Source: Clostridia bacterium
GTDB taxonomy: Bacteria; Bacillota; Clostridia; Christensenellales; UBA1242
Assembly (NCBI GenBank): GCA_045588915.1
Contig: JAZNFA010000003.1
Location: forward strand, 45,407-109,406
Length of the DNA: 64,000 nt
Direction of reading: 5' to 3'
The notes beneath the pieces were generated by a model. The model searched no databases. It had not been told where the DNA came from and saw only the letters and a list, made by a program, of their open reading frames with translations. Of this stretch, positions 1 through 8,920 are shown one piece after another (within the stretch, counting starts at the first letter, position 1; each line of letters begins with the position of its first letter). The translations under genes were made by a program, and so were the position numbers.

Positions 1-173
1 CAAAATTGTACAAAAGAATGCGTTACTTCAGTTTTAATATGCTGTTGTATTTCTTCTCTGGTTTTTAATTCGCCAGATTGTAAATAATCACTGTAAAAAA
101 GATTATCGCAGATTTTAATTGCCTCATCAATTTTTTTAGGTGAATACAAATTCAAAATTTTTTTATTTTTCAT
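1..173 (-). CDS. hypothetical protein, N-terminal fragment (gene runs off the left edge)
   Basis: ATG at 173-171. Minus-strand frame MKNKKILNLYSPKKIDEAIKICDNLFYSDYLQSGELKTREEIQQHIKTEVTHSFVQF is open to position 1. No family recognised. Confidence 0.35.
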   Translation of the reverse strand, partial: MKNKKILNLYSPKKIDEAIKICDNLFYSDYLQSGELKTREEIQQHIKTEVTHSFVQF

Positions 174-270
174 TAACTTTTGCTATCGATACTTGTCGCA
201 ACAAACACCGATATTTTTCCTTTCATCATCAGTATACACTACTGCTACTTACTTTTTCAATACCCACCAC

Positions 271-298
271 AAAAAAAGTCCGTAATTTAACGGACTTT
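271..298 (-). terminator. intrinsic terminator downstream of fusA
   Basis: GTCCGT/ACGGAC stem (278-283 / 290-295) with loop aattta. It is followed on the minus strand by a run of 7 T. Confidence 0.7.
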
Positions 299-316
299 CT
301 TATTATTTAATGCAAA

Positions 317-2395
317 TTATTTTTTTGCACGTTCGCCAATAATTTTTTCAGCAACACTCTTTGGAACTTCATCATAGTGGTCGAATACCATATCGAATGT
401 ACCACGACCTTGAGTTAATGAACGCAAGTCAGTTGCATAACCGAATAATTCGGACAATGGAACCATAGCGTTAATTACTTGTGTACCTTGACGGCTGTCC
501 ATACCTTGCATTTGACCACGGCGTGAAGAAATGTTACCCATAACGTCACCCAAATATTCTTCAGGAGTTTCGATAACCATCTTCATAATAGGTTCAAGTA
601 AAACAGCATTTGCAGCACGCGCACCATCTTTGAAAGCGATTGAACCAGCAGCCTTAAACGCCATTTCCGAACTATCAACATCGTGGTAAGAACCGTCATA
701 AACAGTAACTTTAAAGTCCACAGTTTCGTAACCAGCTAAGACACCTGAACGTTTTGCTTCTTCAATACCTTTGTTAATTGCAGGGATATATTCCTTAGGA
801 ATACTTCCACCAACAGTCTTATCTTCAAAGACGTAACCTTTACCAGTTTCCAAAGGTTCCATAATAATTTTACAGTGACCATATTGACCGTGACCACCAG
901 ATTGCTTAATGTATTTACCTTCAACTTCAACACGTTTACGGATAGTTTCACGGTAAGCAACTTGTGGTTTACCAACGTTAACATCAACTTTGAATTCACG
1001 ACGTAAACGGTCAACCATAATATCCAAGTGCAATTCACCCATACCAGCGATAATTGTTTGAGCTGTTTCAGGGTCGGTGAAAGTTTTGAAAGTTGGGTCT
1101 TCTTGAGACAATTTAACCAAAGCAGCAACCATCTTATCTTGCATTTGTTTATTTGCAGGTTCGATAGCGTTTTGAATAACTGGTTCAGCGAAGTTCATAC
1201 TTTCCAACAATACAGGATTCTTTTCATCGCACAAAGTGTCACCAGTTGTTGTATCTTTCAAACCAACAATCGCACCGATATCACCAGCTACCAATTCATC
1301 AATTTCTCTACGTTGGTTAGCGTGCATTTGCACAATACGACCAACACGTTCTTTTTTATCTTTGGTACTGTTATAAACATAACTACCAGCTGTTAATTTA
1401 CCACTGTAAACACGGAAGAAACACAAGCTACCAACGAATGGGTCAGTTGCCACTTTAAACGCTAAACCAGCAAATGGTTCATCATCACTGCTCTTACGTT
1501 CAATTTCAGTTTCACCGTCCATCGTTGTACCTTTAATTGCAGGAACATCAATTGGACTTGGCAAGTAATCAACAATCGCATCCAACAATAATTGAACACC
1601 TTTGTTTTTGAAAGAAGAACCACACAATACAGGTGTAAATTTCAATGTAACGGTACCTTTACGTAAACCAGCACGAATTTCTTCTTCGGTGAATTCTTCA
1701 CCAGCAAAGAATTTTTCCATCAAAGCATCATCAGTTTCTGCAACTGCTTCAATCATATTTGCACGCAATTTCTTTGCTTCATCTAATAATTCAGCTGGAA
1801 TTTCTTCCTCGATCATATCGGTACCCAAGTCATTGGTGTAAATAATAGCCTTCATAGTAATCAAATCAATAATACCACGGAAGTCTTTTGCTGAACCGAT
1901 TGGCAATTGTACAGGCACAGGATTTGCTTTCAAACGATCACGCATAGTTTGCACTGCACGTAAGAAGTTTGCATCATCACGGTCCATTTTATTGATATAA
2001 GCAATACGTGGAACTTTATATTTATTTGCCTGACTCCAAACTTTTTCACTTTGTGGTTGAACACCAGCACGTGCACAGAAAACAGCAACACTACCGTCCA
2101 AAACTTTCAATGAACGTTCAACTTCAACAGTGAAGTCAACGTGCCCGGGAGTGTCGATGACGTTAATACGATGATTTTTCCAAAAAACAGTAACACAAGC
2201 AGAAGTAATGGTAATCCCACGTTCTTGTTCTTGCACCATCCAGTCAGTAGTTGCACCACCATCGTGTACTTCCCCTAATTTATGAGTGTTACCAGTATAA
2301 TATAGGATACGTTCGGTCGTTGTTGTTTTACCAGCGTCGATGTGCGCCATAATCCCAATATTACGATAGTCTTTTAATTCAGTCGTTCTTGCCAT
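317..2395 (-). CDS. fusA: translation elongation factor G
   Basis: 692 aa. G-domain motifs [14 protein letters not shown] and NKMD. Full-length EF-G architecture. Lies downstream of rpsL-rpsG. Confidence 0.97.
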   Translation of the reverse strand: MARTTELKDYRNIGIMAHIDAGKTTTTERILYYTGNTHKLGEVHDGGATTDWMVQEQERGITITSACVTVFWKNHRINVIDTPGHVDFTVEVERSLKVLDGSVAVFCARAGVQPQSEKVWSQANKYKVPRIAYINKMDRDDANFLRAVQTMRDRLKANPVPVQLPIGSAKDFRGIIDLITMKAIIYTNDLGTDMIEEEIPAELLDEAKKLRANMIEAVAETDDALMEKFFAGEEFTEEEIRAGLRKGTVTLKFTPVLCGSSFKNKGVQLLLDAIVDYLPSPIDVPAIKGTTMDGETEIERKSSDDEPFAGLAFKVATDPFVGSLCFFRVYSGKLTAGSYVYNSTKDKKERVGRIVQMHANQRREIDELVAGDIGAIVGLKDTTTGDTLCDEKNPVLLESMNFAEPVIQNAIEPANKQMQDKMVAALVKLSQEDPTFKTFTDPETAQTIIAGMGELHLDIMVDRLRREFKVDVNVGKPQVAYRETIRKRVEVEGKYIKQSGGHGQYGHCKIIMEPLETGKGYVFEDKTVGGSIPKEYIPAINKGIEEAKRSGVLAGYETVDFKVTVYDGSYHDVDSSEMAFKAAGSIAFKDGARAANAVLLEPIMKMVIETPEEYLGDVMGNISSRRGQMQGMDSRQGTQVINAMVPLSELFGYATDLRSLTQGRGTFDMVFDHYDEVPKSVAEKIIGERAKK

Positions 2396-2480
2396 AATTA
2401 AATTTTTCCCCTTCTAAATGTTTTTATTTTATATAGTTAAAAACGTCGGTGTGATTGACCGACGTGCAAACTCGATTTGC

Positions 2481-2951
2481 TTACCATTTATAATGTGCGA
2501 AAGCTTTGTTTGCTTCTGCCATACGGTGCATTTCTTCTTTCTTTTTGAAAGCACCACCGGTTTGGTTAAAAGCGTCAAATAATTCTGCTGTTAAGCAAGC
2601 TTCCATACCACGTTCACTACGTTTACGTGCAGCATCAACCAACCAACGGATAGCTAAGGTTTGGCGACGAGCTGGACGTACTTCGCATGGAACTTGGTAA
2701 TTGCTACCACCCACACGGCGAGCTTTAGTTTCCAAAACAGGCATAACGTTTTCCATTGCTTGATTAAAAGCTGTCATTGGTTCAACGTTAGTTTTCTTTT
2801 GTAATCCTTCCAAAGCATTATAAACGATACCTTGTGCGATACCTTTTTTACCATCCAACATCACTTGGTTAATCAATTTAGTAACCACAGTTGATTTATA
2901 AATTGGATCTGGCAAAACTTGTCTTGGTGTAATTCCACTACGTCTTGGCAT
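2481..2951 (-). CDS. rpsG: 30S ribosomal protein S7
   Basis: 156 aa beginning MPRR..., typical S7 sequence. Sits in str-operon context. Confidence 0.95.
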   Translation of the reverse strand: MPRRSGITPRQVLPDPIYKSTVVTKLINQVMLDGKKGIAQGIVYNALEGLQKKTNVEPMTAFNQAMENVMPVLETKARRVGGSNYQVPCEVRPARRQTLAIRWLVDAARKRSERGMEACLTAELFDAFNQTGGAFKKKEEMHRMAEANKAFAHYKW

Positions 2952-3325
2952 TATTTCTTCCCCCTCTTCGCACCGTATTTAGAACGGCTTTGATTACGTT
3001 TAGCAACACCGGCACAGTCTAACGCACCACGAACGATGTGATAACGTACACCTGGTAAATCTTTAACTTTACCACCACGTACCAAAACAACGCTGTGTTC
3101 TTGTAAGTTGTGTCCTTCACCACCAATGTAACAAGTACCTTCTTGTTTGTTTGACAAACGTACACGTGCAACTTTACGCAACGCAGAGTTTGGTTTCTTT
3201 GGTGTTGTTGTTTTTACTTGCAAACAAGTTCCGCGCTTTTGTGGATTTTCTCCCAAAATTGGCGACTTACTTTTGCTAGTGGACTTTTTACGTCCATTTT
3301 TGATTAACTGGTTAATCGTAGGCAT
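2951..3325 (-). CDS. rpsL: 30S ribosomal protein S12
   Basis: 124 aa beginning MPTINQLI, with ...[16 protein letters not shown] overlap with rpsG. SD GAAGGGAG lies upstream. Confidence 0.96.
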   Translation of the reverse strand: MPTINQLIKNGRKKSTSKSKSPILGENPQKRGTCLQVKTTTPKKPNSALRKVARVRLSNKQEGTCYIGGEGHNLQEHSVVLVRGGKVKDLPGVRYHIVRGALDCAGVAKRNQSRSKYGAKRGKK

Positions 3326-3357
3326 AGTTTCTCCCTTCTCTAAATGTTATAGATGTT

Positions 3358-3386
3358 ATTTTAACTTTTTTCACAAAACTTGTCAA
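3358..3386 (-). promoter_or_regulatory. sigma-70-type promoter of rpsL-rpsG-fusA
   Basis: On the minus strand: TTGACA (3386-3381), 17 nt, TAAAAT (3363-3358). A ~32-nt leader with SD follows. Confidence 0.6.
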
Positions 3387-3419
3387 TGTAGTTTTCGTTA
3401 TATTTGTAATTATCAAATT

Positions 3420-3752
3420 TTATTGATTATATTCTTGAGTGCTTTGTTGTGTATTTTCTTGAACTTGATTTGCTACTTGTTTTTCTGCAACCATTTCTTT
3501 TAAGCGACGGTTAAGTGCCAAAGCTTCTTGCGCTTCTTGAAAACCTTTACACTCTTGAATTTTTTTTACAGCATGTGTTTGGAACGATAATGAATCACTA
3601 TTTGCAACCACTTCTTTAGAGCGATTCATCATTATTGTACGGACAACTGGATTTCCATTCTCATCACGCACCAACTCACCTTTTTTGTTACGCAATAGAA
3701 TAAAACCTGACCCAGCAATATCTTTCAATTCAGTCCTGTTTTCATTTTCCAT
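3420..3752 (-). CDS. hypothetical protein (110 aa)
   Basis: Hydrophilic ORF with a Q/N-rich tail. It has its own TATAAT 6 nt upstream of the ATG. No family recognised. Confidence 0.5.
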   Translation of the reverse strand: MENENRTELKDIAGSGFILLRNKKGELVRDENGNPVVRTIMMNRSKEVVANSDSLSFQTHAVKKIQECKGFQEAQEALALNRRLKEMVAEKQVANQVQENTQQSTQEYNQ

Positions 3753-3758
3753 ACTTGC

Positions 3759-3808
3759 ATTATATCATAAATAATTTCTTTGACAAGTATCAATTTATTG
3801 CATAAAAT
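3759..3808. promoter_or_regulatory. back-to-back divergent promoters sharing the -35 region
   Basis: Plus strand: TTGACA (3780-3785), 17 nt, TAAAAT (3803-3808), 7 nt, ATG 3816. Minus strand: TTGTCA (3786-3781), 16 nt, TATAAT (3764-3759), 6 nt, ATG 3752. Confidence 0.6.
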
Positions 3809-3815
3809 TAAATAT

Positions 3816-4082
3816 ATGAAATTTACCTACCCAATGGTATTCATTTTTAATGAGGACGAGAATGTCTACAATGGTTACATTCCAGACCTTACTCTGTACT
3901 GCGAAGGTGAAACCTTGGAAACGGTTTACGCCTGTGCCGAAGAATTGATTAAGTATTATTTCGATTTGGCAGTTAAATATGATACCGAAGTACCTACCCC
4001 ATCATCAATGGAAGAAGTTGCCAATAAATGGACCGGCTATAAAGTATCACTTATCTCTGCCGACATCGCCGACAAAAAATAA
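3816..4082 (+). CDS. HicB-like / UPF0150-type antitoxin-fold protein (88 aa)
   Basis: MKFTYPMVFIFNEDENVYNGYIPDLTLYCEGETLETVYACAEELIKYYF matches the remembered HicB N-terminal pattern (Y..f..de.g.y.g.iPDL.g....G.tleEa). There is no HicA-like partner and no C-terminal DNA-binding domain. Start re-picked to the ATG at 3816. Confidence 0.6.
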   Translation: MKFTYPMVFIFNEDENVYNGYIPDLTLYCEGETLETVYACAEELIKYYFDLAVKYDTEVPTPSSMEEVANKWTGYKVSLISADIADKK

Positions 4083-4085
4083 TAA

Positions 4086-4108
4086 TAAAAGGGCCAATCG
4101 CCCTTTTT
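4086..4108. terminator. bidirectional intrinsic terminator
   Basis: AAAAGGGC-caatc-GCCCTTTT hairpin flanked by A and T runs. It lies between the convergent ORFs 3816-4082 and 4111-4959. Confidence 0.65.
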
Positions 4109-4110
4109 TA

Positions 4111-4959
4111 TTAGCCCACAATATCTACACTAAATTCATCGTTAGTAACGTTTCCACAATATTCAATACTATGCCCACAAAACAACCCATCATCATCCCA
4201 ATCCACAAAATATGTATCCCCCATTACAGAGATGGACACACAATTATTTTTTAAACGCTTTTGAATTTGCTCGGCCGTATAAAAATATTCCATACCATCT
4301 TCACGCCAATCATTCGCTAAATCAGCAATTTCGCTTGCCACCTTTTGTAAAACATTTTCACAAAAATCCTTGTCTACCTGCATTTTCCGAAAAGTATTAA
4401 TTGCCGTTGTTGCATCTGTTTTACCGTCATCAGTGTCTAAAGTAATTTTTATTTTTGCACCCTGTACCAACATTTCCCCTTCGTAACAATGAAAGCGTCG
4501 GTCCAAATTAAATTTAATTTCATCAATATTCAAGGTAATCGGCGTTAATTGTTCTTCTATAATTTGTGCAAAACGCTCATCTTTACTTTTTTTGATTTTT
4601 AATAAATAGTAATAATTTTTAAGTGTATTCTTTTGTTCTTTGATTTTTTTACACTTCACTTCATAAACACCAAGTTCATCAGTTTCAATATATTGATAAT
4701 CTTTTTTTACTTTTAAGTAATACTTAAAGGAAATTTTTTCCTGCACCATAACACCATTCCGATCAATAAACGCAATCCCAGTAATTATACTACTAGAAAA
4801 CTTTTCCCCAGCTGTCCGACAACCAACGTAATTCTGTTGTCCAACAAGCACCTTTAATTTACAAACATCTTTTTCGCATTTTTCTTGCAGATAATTTTTC
4901 TCAAACTTTTTAAATTCTTTCAGATTAAAATTTTTCACCACTAAATACAATTTTAGCAT
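4111..4959 (-). CDS. hypothetical protein (282 aa from MLKLYLVV)
   Basis: Long ORF with no TM segment or signal peptide. C-terminal block ...YFVDWDDDGLFCGHSIEYCG.... The GTG start at 4995 given in the track lies inside the rplL terminator hairpin, so the ATG at 4959 is preferred. Confidence 0.5.
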   Translation of the reverse strand: MLKLYLVVKNFNLKEFKKFEKNYLQEKCEKDVCKLKVLVGQQNYVGCRTAGEKFSSSIITGIAFIDRNGVMVQEKISFKYYLKVKKDYQYIETDELGVYEVKCKKIKEQKNTLKNYYYLLKIKKSKDERFAQIIEEQLTPITLNIDEIKFNLDRRFHCYEGEMLVQGAKIKITLDTDDGKTDATTAINTFRKMQVDKDFCENVLQKVASEIADLANDWREDGMEYFYTAEQIQKRLKNNCVSISVMGDTYFVDWDDDGLFCGHSIEYCGNVTNDEFSVDIVG

Positions 4960-4980
4960 TACACACCATTTGAAACAAAC

Positions 4981-5010
4981 AAAAAAGCAACCCACGTGGA
5001 GTTGCCTTTT
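4981..5010 (-). terminator. intrinsic terminator downstream of rplL
   Basis: Minus strand reads GCAAC-tccacgtgg-GTTGC followed by TTTTTT. Confidence 0.65.
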
Positions 5011-5035
5011 TCATATTTGAACCGTAGTTACAAAA

Positions 5036-5413
5036 TTATTTTAATTCAACGGTTGCGCCAGCTTCTTTCAATTGAGCTTCGATTTTCTTAGCTTCTTCAG
5101 CTGGAACTTTTTCTTTAATTACCTTTGGAGCTGCTTCAACCATAGCTTTAGCATCACCCAAGCCTAAACCTGTGATGTCTTTAACAACTTTAATAACATT
5201 GATTTTGTTTGCACCAACATCTTTCAACATAATGTCGAATTCAGCTTTTGCTGCTGGAGCGTCAGCTGCTGCTGCACCTGCTGCTGCTGGAGCTGCTGCA
5301 ACTGCCATAGCTGCTGCGCTAACACCAAATTTTTCTTCCAAAGCTTTAACTAAATCTGCAGCTTCTGTTAAAGTTAATTTTGCAATTTCTTCTACTAATT
5401 CTTGAGTATTCAT
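5036..5413 (-). CDS. rplL: 50S ribosomal protein L7/L12
   Basis: 125 aa. Ala-rich hinge and C-terminal ...EAGATVELK. Confidence 0.96.
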   Translation of the reverse strand: MNTQELVEEIAKLTLTEAADLVKALEEKFGVSAAAMAVAAAPAAAGAAAADAPAAKAEFDIMLKDVGANKINVIKVVKDITGLGLGDAKAMVEAAPKVIKEKVPAEEAKKIEAQLKEAGATVELK

Positions 5414-5488
5414 AATTTTTTAATTTTCCTTTTAATTTTTTAATTTAGATTTTTTTATTTTTATTGCTCAACTAAGTGTTGGTACTGC

Positions 5489-6019
5489 TTATTTCTTTGC
5501 AGCGTTAATTACCATAGCCAAGTTGCGTGGAACCGCATTGATAACGGTAGCAATACCACGTGCACCACTGTTGATTAAGCCCATCAATTGAGCAATCAAC
5601 GTTTCTTTGTTCGGCATTGATGCTAAACGAACAACTTCATCTTGAGACAAGACTTGGTTGCCAATCAAACCAAACTGGAACTGCATTTTATCTTTGAACT
5701 TTGCGTCCTTGATAATTTTTGCTGCACTTACTTCGTCACCATTTGAGAAAGCAACCGAAAGTGTTCCGTTCAATTTGTCATCAAGTTCAGTAATGCCCAA
5801 ATTATTCAAAGCGATACGCACTAAGTTGTTTTTATAAACATTATAAACAACATCAGCTTCACGGAATTTACGACGCAAGTCAGCATCTTCCTGCGTGTTC
5901 AAACCTTGATAGTTAACAAAAACAACGCTCTTCGCATTTTTTAATTTACCTTCAATTTCTTGAACAGTCGCAATTTTGCTTTGGAAATTAGCATTACTTT
6001 GCTTTGCTTTAACAGCCAT
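5489..6019 (-). CDS. rplJ: 50S ribosomal protein L10
   Basis: 176 aa, typical L10 sequence, immediately upstream of rplL. Confidence 0.93.
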   Translation of the reverse strand: MAVKAKQSNANFQSKIATVQEIEGKLKNAKSVVFVNYQGLNTQEDADLRRKFREADVVYNVYKNNLVRIALNNLGITELDDKLNGTLSVAFSNGDEVSAAKIIKDAKFKDKMQFQFGLIGNQVLSQDEVVRLASMPNKETLIAQLMGLINSGARGIATVINAVPRNLAMVINAAKK

Positions 6020-6160
6020 TAAACCTCCTTTTAAGGAAAGTAATAGCAGATACGGTGATTATCAATTACCTCGGCAAGATTTCCACTTTCGCTACTTGCT
6101 TTCTTCGGCTATTAAATTCTTAACCAAGACTAACACACACACGGTAGATTGTCAACTATG
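6020..6160 (-). promoter_or_regulatory. possible L10 (rplJ) leader / autoregulatory 5' UTR
   Basis: ~140-nt untranslated region between a TTGACA box (near 6155, minus strand) and the rplJ SD AAAGGAGG. It is GC-richer than its surroundings. The assignment is by position only; the structure was not folded. Confidence 0.35.
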
Positions 6161-6215
6161 CTTTTACTAAAAGAGTTGAAAAAATTCATTCTCCGTGCTA
6201 ACTTATTGCATTAAG

Positions 6216-6749
6216 ATGAAAACATTTTTAGTTGTTGGTTTAGGCAATCCCGAAGGTAAATATTTTGAAACATGGCACAACTTAGGTTTTAAAGCTGCTG
6301 AACGTTTTGCTAATGGTTTAACCTTTACCAAAAAAGGTAACCAGCTTTTGACAAGCACACACGAAAAAGGCGACAAGGTTATTATTTTAAAACCACTAAC
6401 CTATATGAACCTATCTGGTCAAGCTGTGGTTGCTGTTTGTCGCAAGTTCAAAATTCCAGCAACCCAAGTAATTGTTTTTGTTGATGATATTTACTTAGAT
6501 ATCGGTACAGTCCGTTTGAAAAAAAGTGGTGGCGCCGGTGGACATAACGGATTGAAGTCAATCAACGAACTTTTACAAGCAACAAACTACACGAAAATTA
6601 AAATCGGTGCTAAACCAACCACAGACATTAAAGGCAACACAGCTAATTATGTTTTATCTAAAATTCCCGACAGCGAACGCGCAACTATCGATACTGCAAT
6701 CGACCAAGCAGTCCAAATTGCTCACGATGTCATAGCAGGTGTGAAATGA
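6216..6749 (+). CDS. pth: peptidyl-tRNA hydrolase
   Basis: MKTFLVVGLGNPEGKY...HNLGF, the classic Pth N-terminus. Start re-picked to the ATG at 6216. Confidence 0.9.
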   Translation: MKTFLVVGLGNPEGKYFETWHNLGFKAAERFANGLTFTKKGNQLLTSTHEKGDKVIILKPLTYMNLSGQAVVAVCRKFKIPATQVIVFVDDIYLDIGTVRLKKSGGAGGHNGLKSINELLQATNYTKIKIGAKPTTDIKGNTANYVLSKIPDSERATIDTAIDQAVQIAHDVIAGVK

Positions 6750-8920
6750 CCTTAACAGTTGGACAAACAATTTCAATGAACGAAGTTAAAGCTTCTTTAA
6801 AAGAGCACGAATTCTCTGTACACGGTGATATTATTGATGTCCATTTGCCTAACAATACCGAAATTGTGCGTATTATGTTTTTCGATGACACCATTGAAGA
6901 TTTACGCTTAATCGATGCAAATACTCGTGCCTTTATTAAAAAACTTCCACTAGTTAATCTCGGCACCGACCTTACTTTTTCCTTAGCACTTGATATTTTG
7001 AAACAAGTCTGCCCTGACCGTGATTGGTCCAAGGTTTCTGCACCAACTGCAATTTTACCCAATTACAACAGCGCTGTTTCACTTCTTGCCGATGAATTGG
7101 CAACCGTCAAAAATCAAACCGTCTTACTTTTTGTTGGCAACACAAAAACAGCAGAAAATTATTTACGCAACAAAAAGATTGATTTTATCATTACTAAAAG
7201 CACAGCTTTCCCAAATTGTATCAATATTATTCCCAGCACTTTCCCATTATCTTGTCAAATTGATGATTTATTGATTTACAGTTTAACCGACAATACCCCT
7301 AGTAAAAATGCCGACACCAGTACCCTTCTTACCAAAACAAAACAAGAATTTATTATGCCTTTAGTTGGCGAATGTGTTGTCCACTCACTACACGGTATCG
7401 GTCGTTTTATGGGCATCAAGAAGCTTGACTTACTTGGTGACGGCAACCTGAATGATTATTTAGCTTTACAATATGATGGTGGCACAATGGTTTACCTTGC
7501 TACCGATAAAACCGATGTTTTGTCAAATTACGTTGGTGAACCAACACGTTTACATAAAATAGGAGGGCAAGACTTCGCCAATGCGAAGCAACGGGTTCGG
7601 CGACGCCTGCAAGAACTCTCCTTCAAATTAAGTGACTTATACAAACAACGTGCCGGAATGAAACGTTTACCTTACGAAATACTCGACGACAATAATCAAG
7701 CGTTTGCCGATAGTTTTCCATATAATCTCACTCCCGACCAAAATAAAGTAATGACCGACATCTACCACGATTTAACCAGTCCCAAACTAATGGACCGTCT
7801 TGTCTGTGGCGATGTCGGATACGGTAAAACCGAAATTGCTTTCCGTACAGCTTTCAATGCTGTAATGAATGGTTACCAAGTGGTTATTCTTTGTCCAACT
7901 ACAATTCTCGCAATGCAACATTACCAAAATGCCGTTGCACGTTTCCAACCTTTTGGGATTCGTGTCGCTGTTTACAATCGCTTCATCACACCCAAGCAAC
8001 AAGCGCAAACGCTTGCCGATTTACGTGACGGCAAAGTCGATATTATCATCGGCACACATAAACTACTTTCATTGACAACATCAAACTTCCACCATCTCGG
8101 TTTGTTAATCCTGGACGAAGAACAACGTTTTGGTGTCGAAGCTAAAGAAAAAATCAAAAAGTTAACACCAAACGTCGACGTTCTCACACTATCGGCAACC
8201 CCAATACCCCGTACCTTAAATATGTCACTTATGGGACTCCGTGATATTTCGGTGATTACTACACCACCCAAAGACCGTTTACCTGTCATCACTCGTGTTG
8301 CTGAATTTAGCTGGGATTTGCTTTGGAATGCAATTGACGCAGAACTAGCACGTAACGGACAAGTAATTGTCCTTTATAACACCGTTCGTGATATGGACAA
8401 ATTTGCCAACAAAATTGCAGTACGCTACCCCAACAAAGTTGCTTACGTCCACGGACAAATGCCAACATCACAAATTGAACGCACCATTACATCTGTTTAC
8501 GAACACGAAATTGATATCATCGTTGCTTCCACAATTTTAGAAAATGGTATCGACTTAACCACAGCCAACACACTTTTCGTTGTCGGTGCTGATAAATTAG
8601 GTCTAGCCCAAATGCACCAATTACGTGGCCGTGTTGGTCGCAGTACGACACAAGCCTATGCTTATCTAACTTACCCGAAAGCCGAATATACGACCGACAA
8701 AGCTATGGAACGTATCAATGCGATTAAAAACTTTTACTCAACTGGTGCTGGTTTCAATATTGCTATGCGCGACTTAGAAATACGTGGTTCAGGTGAAGTT
8801 CTCGGAGCCAATCAAAGTGGCCACATTGAAGAAATTGGTATCGAAGCCTTTGCACAAATTCTTTCAGAAATTGCTGCTGAAAATCGTCATCGCCAACAAC
8901 TCAAACAACAAGATGAATAA
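6746..8920 (+). CDS. mfd: transcription-repair coupling factor, short form (724 aa)
   Basis: CarD/RID-like GECVVHSLHGIGRFMG. SF2 helicase motifs GDVGYGKTE, DEEQRFG, LSATPIPRT and QLRGRVGR. ATGA overlap with pth. Confidence 0.9.
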   Translation: MTLTVGQTISMNEVKASLKEHEFSVHGDIIDVHLPNNTEIVRIMFFDDTIEDLRLIDANTRAFIKKLPLVNLGTDLTFSLALDILKQVCPDRDWSKVSAPTAILPNYNSAVSLLADELATVKNQTVLLFVGNTKTAENYLRNKKIDFIITKSTAFPNCINIIPSTFPLSCQIDDLLIYSLTDNTPSKNADTSTLLTKTKQEFIMPLVGECVVHSLHGIGRFMGIKKLDLLGDGNLNDYLALQYDGGTMVYLATDKTDVLSNYVGEPTRLHKIGGQDFANAKQRVRRRLQELSFKLSDLYKQRAGMKRLPYEILDDNNQAFADSFPYNLTPDQNKVMTDIYHDLTSPKLMDRLVCGDVGYGKTEIAFRTAFNAVMNGYQVVILCPTTILAMQHYQNAVARFQPFGIRVAVYNRFITPKQQAQTLADLRDGKVDIIIGTHKLLSLTTSNFHHLGLLILDEEQRFGVEAKEKIKKLTPNVDVLTLSATPIPRTLNMSLMGLRDISVITTPPKDRLPVITRVAEFSWDLLWNAIDAELARNGQVIVLYNTVRDMDKFANKIAVRYPNKVAYVHGQMPTSQIERTITSVYEHEIDIIVASTILENGIDLTTANTLFVVGADKLGLAQMHQLRGRVGRSTTQAYAYLTYPKAEYTTDKAMERINAIKNFYSTGAGFNIAMRDLEIRGSGEVLGANQSGHIEEIGIEAFAQILSEIAAENRHRQQLKQQDE

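Noticed and set aside
4960-4995. The longer 294-aa version of the orphan ORF starting at GTG 4995
   Set aside because: That GTG lies in the loop of the rplL terminator hairpin and adds an implausible MGCFFVCFKWCV peptide. The ATG at 4959 is the more plausible start.
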